DNA from: Hormiphora californensis
Lineage: Eukaryota > Animalia > Ctenophora
Direction: 5' to 3'
NCBI GenBank assembly: GCA_020137815.1
Contig: CM035351.1
Coordinates: forward strand, 1,984,001 to 2,048,000
Length of the DNA: 64,000 bases
Shown: positions 63,944-64,000 of the stretch, piece after piece
How the letters are laid out: every line of letters starts with the position of its first letter
How positions within the stretch are numbered: position 1 is the stretch's first letter
Made by a program: the position numbers and the translations under genes
The notes under the pieces: generated by a model
What the model was told of the DNA's origin: nothing
What the model saw: the letters and a program-made list of their open reading frames with translations, nothing else
The model's database searches: none

Positions 63944-64000
63944 CACCCTCCCTCCTCAGCACTGGGCGATGACCTCTATATTTAGTACCCCCACCTCCCC

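Overview
Eukaryotic (metazoan) genomic DNA with compact spliceosomal genes, abundant (GA/CT)n microsatellites and many palindromic MITE/foldback insertions. The compact, trans-splicing-style layout resembles a ctenophore-like invertebrate, but that is inference only. 1-7 kb holds the 3' half of a myosin-XVIII-like gene with an intronic LINE-ORF1-like ORF. 11.7-13.6 kb holds two convergent class A GPCRs. About 13.6-23.9 kb (also parts of 4.7-7.8 kb and 41.1-41.8 kb) is homopolymer-garbled, low-quality sequence. Two minus-strand genes (LDAH, ALKBH6) follow a 38-bp satellite. A repeat-rich divergent strand-switch region lies at 28.8-35.5 kb. From 35.5 kb to the end there are 12 consecutive plus-strand genes: 3 MAP3K2/3-like kinases, THUMPD1, ORC5, a CYP450, SLC35B4, PIGF, DPH5, BORCS6, ECH1 and ELP5. 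From THUMPD1 to ELP5, once transposons are subtracted, the spacers are only ~150-300 bp. Nearly every start codon sits just after an apparently unpaired pyrimidine-rich AG acceptor, often with a branch-point motif. The main candidate system is therefore a long eukaryotic operon resolved by spliced-leader trans-splicing. All homology calls are from recognised motifs, not database searches.
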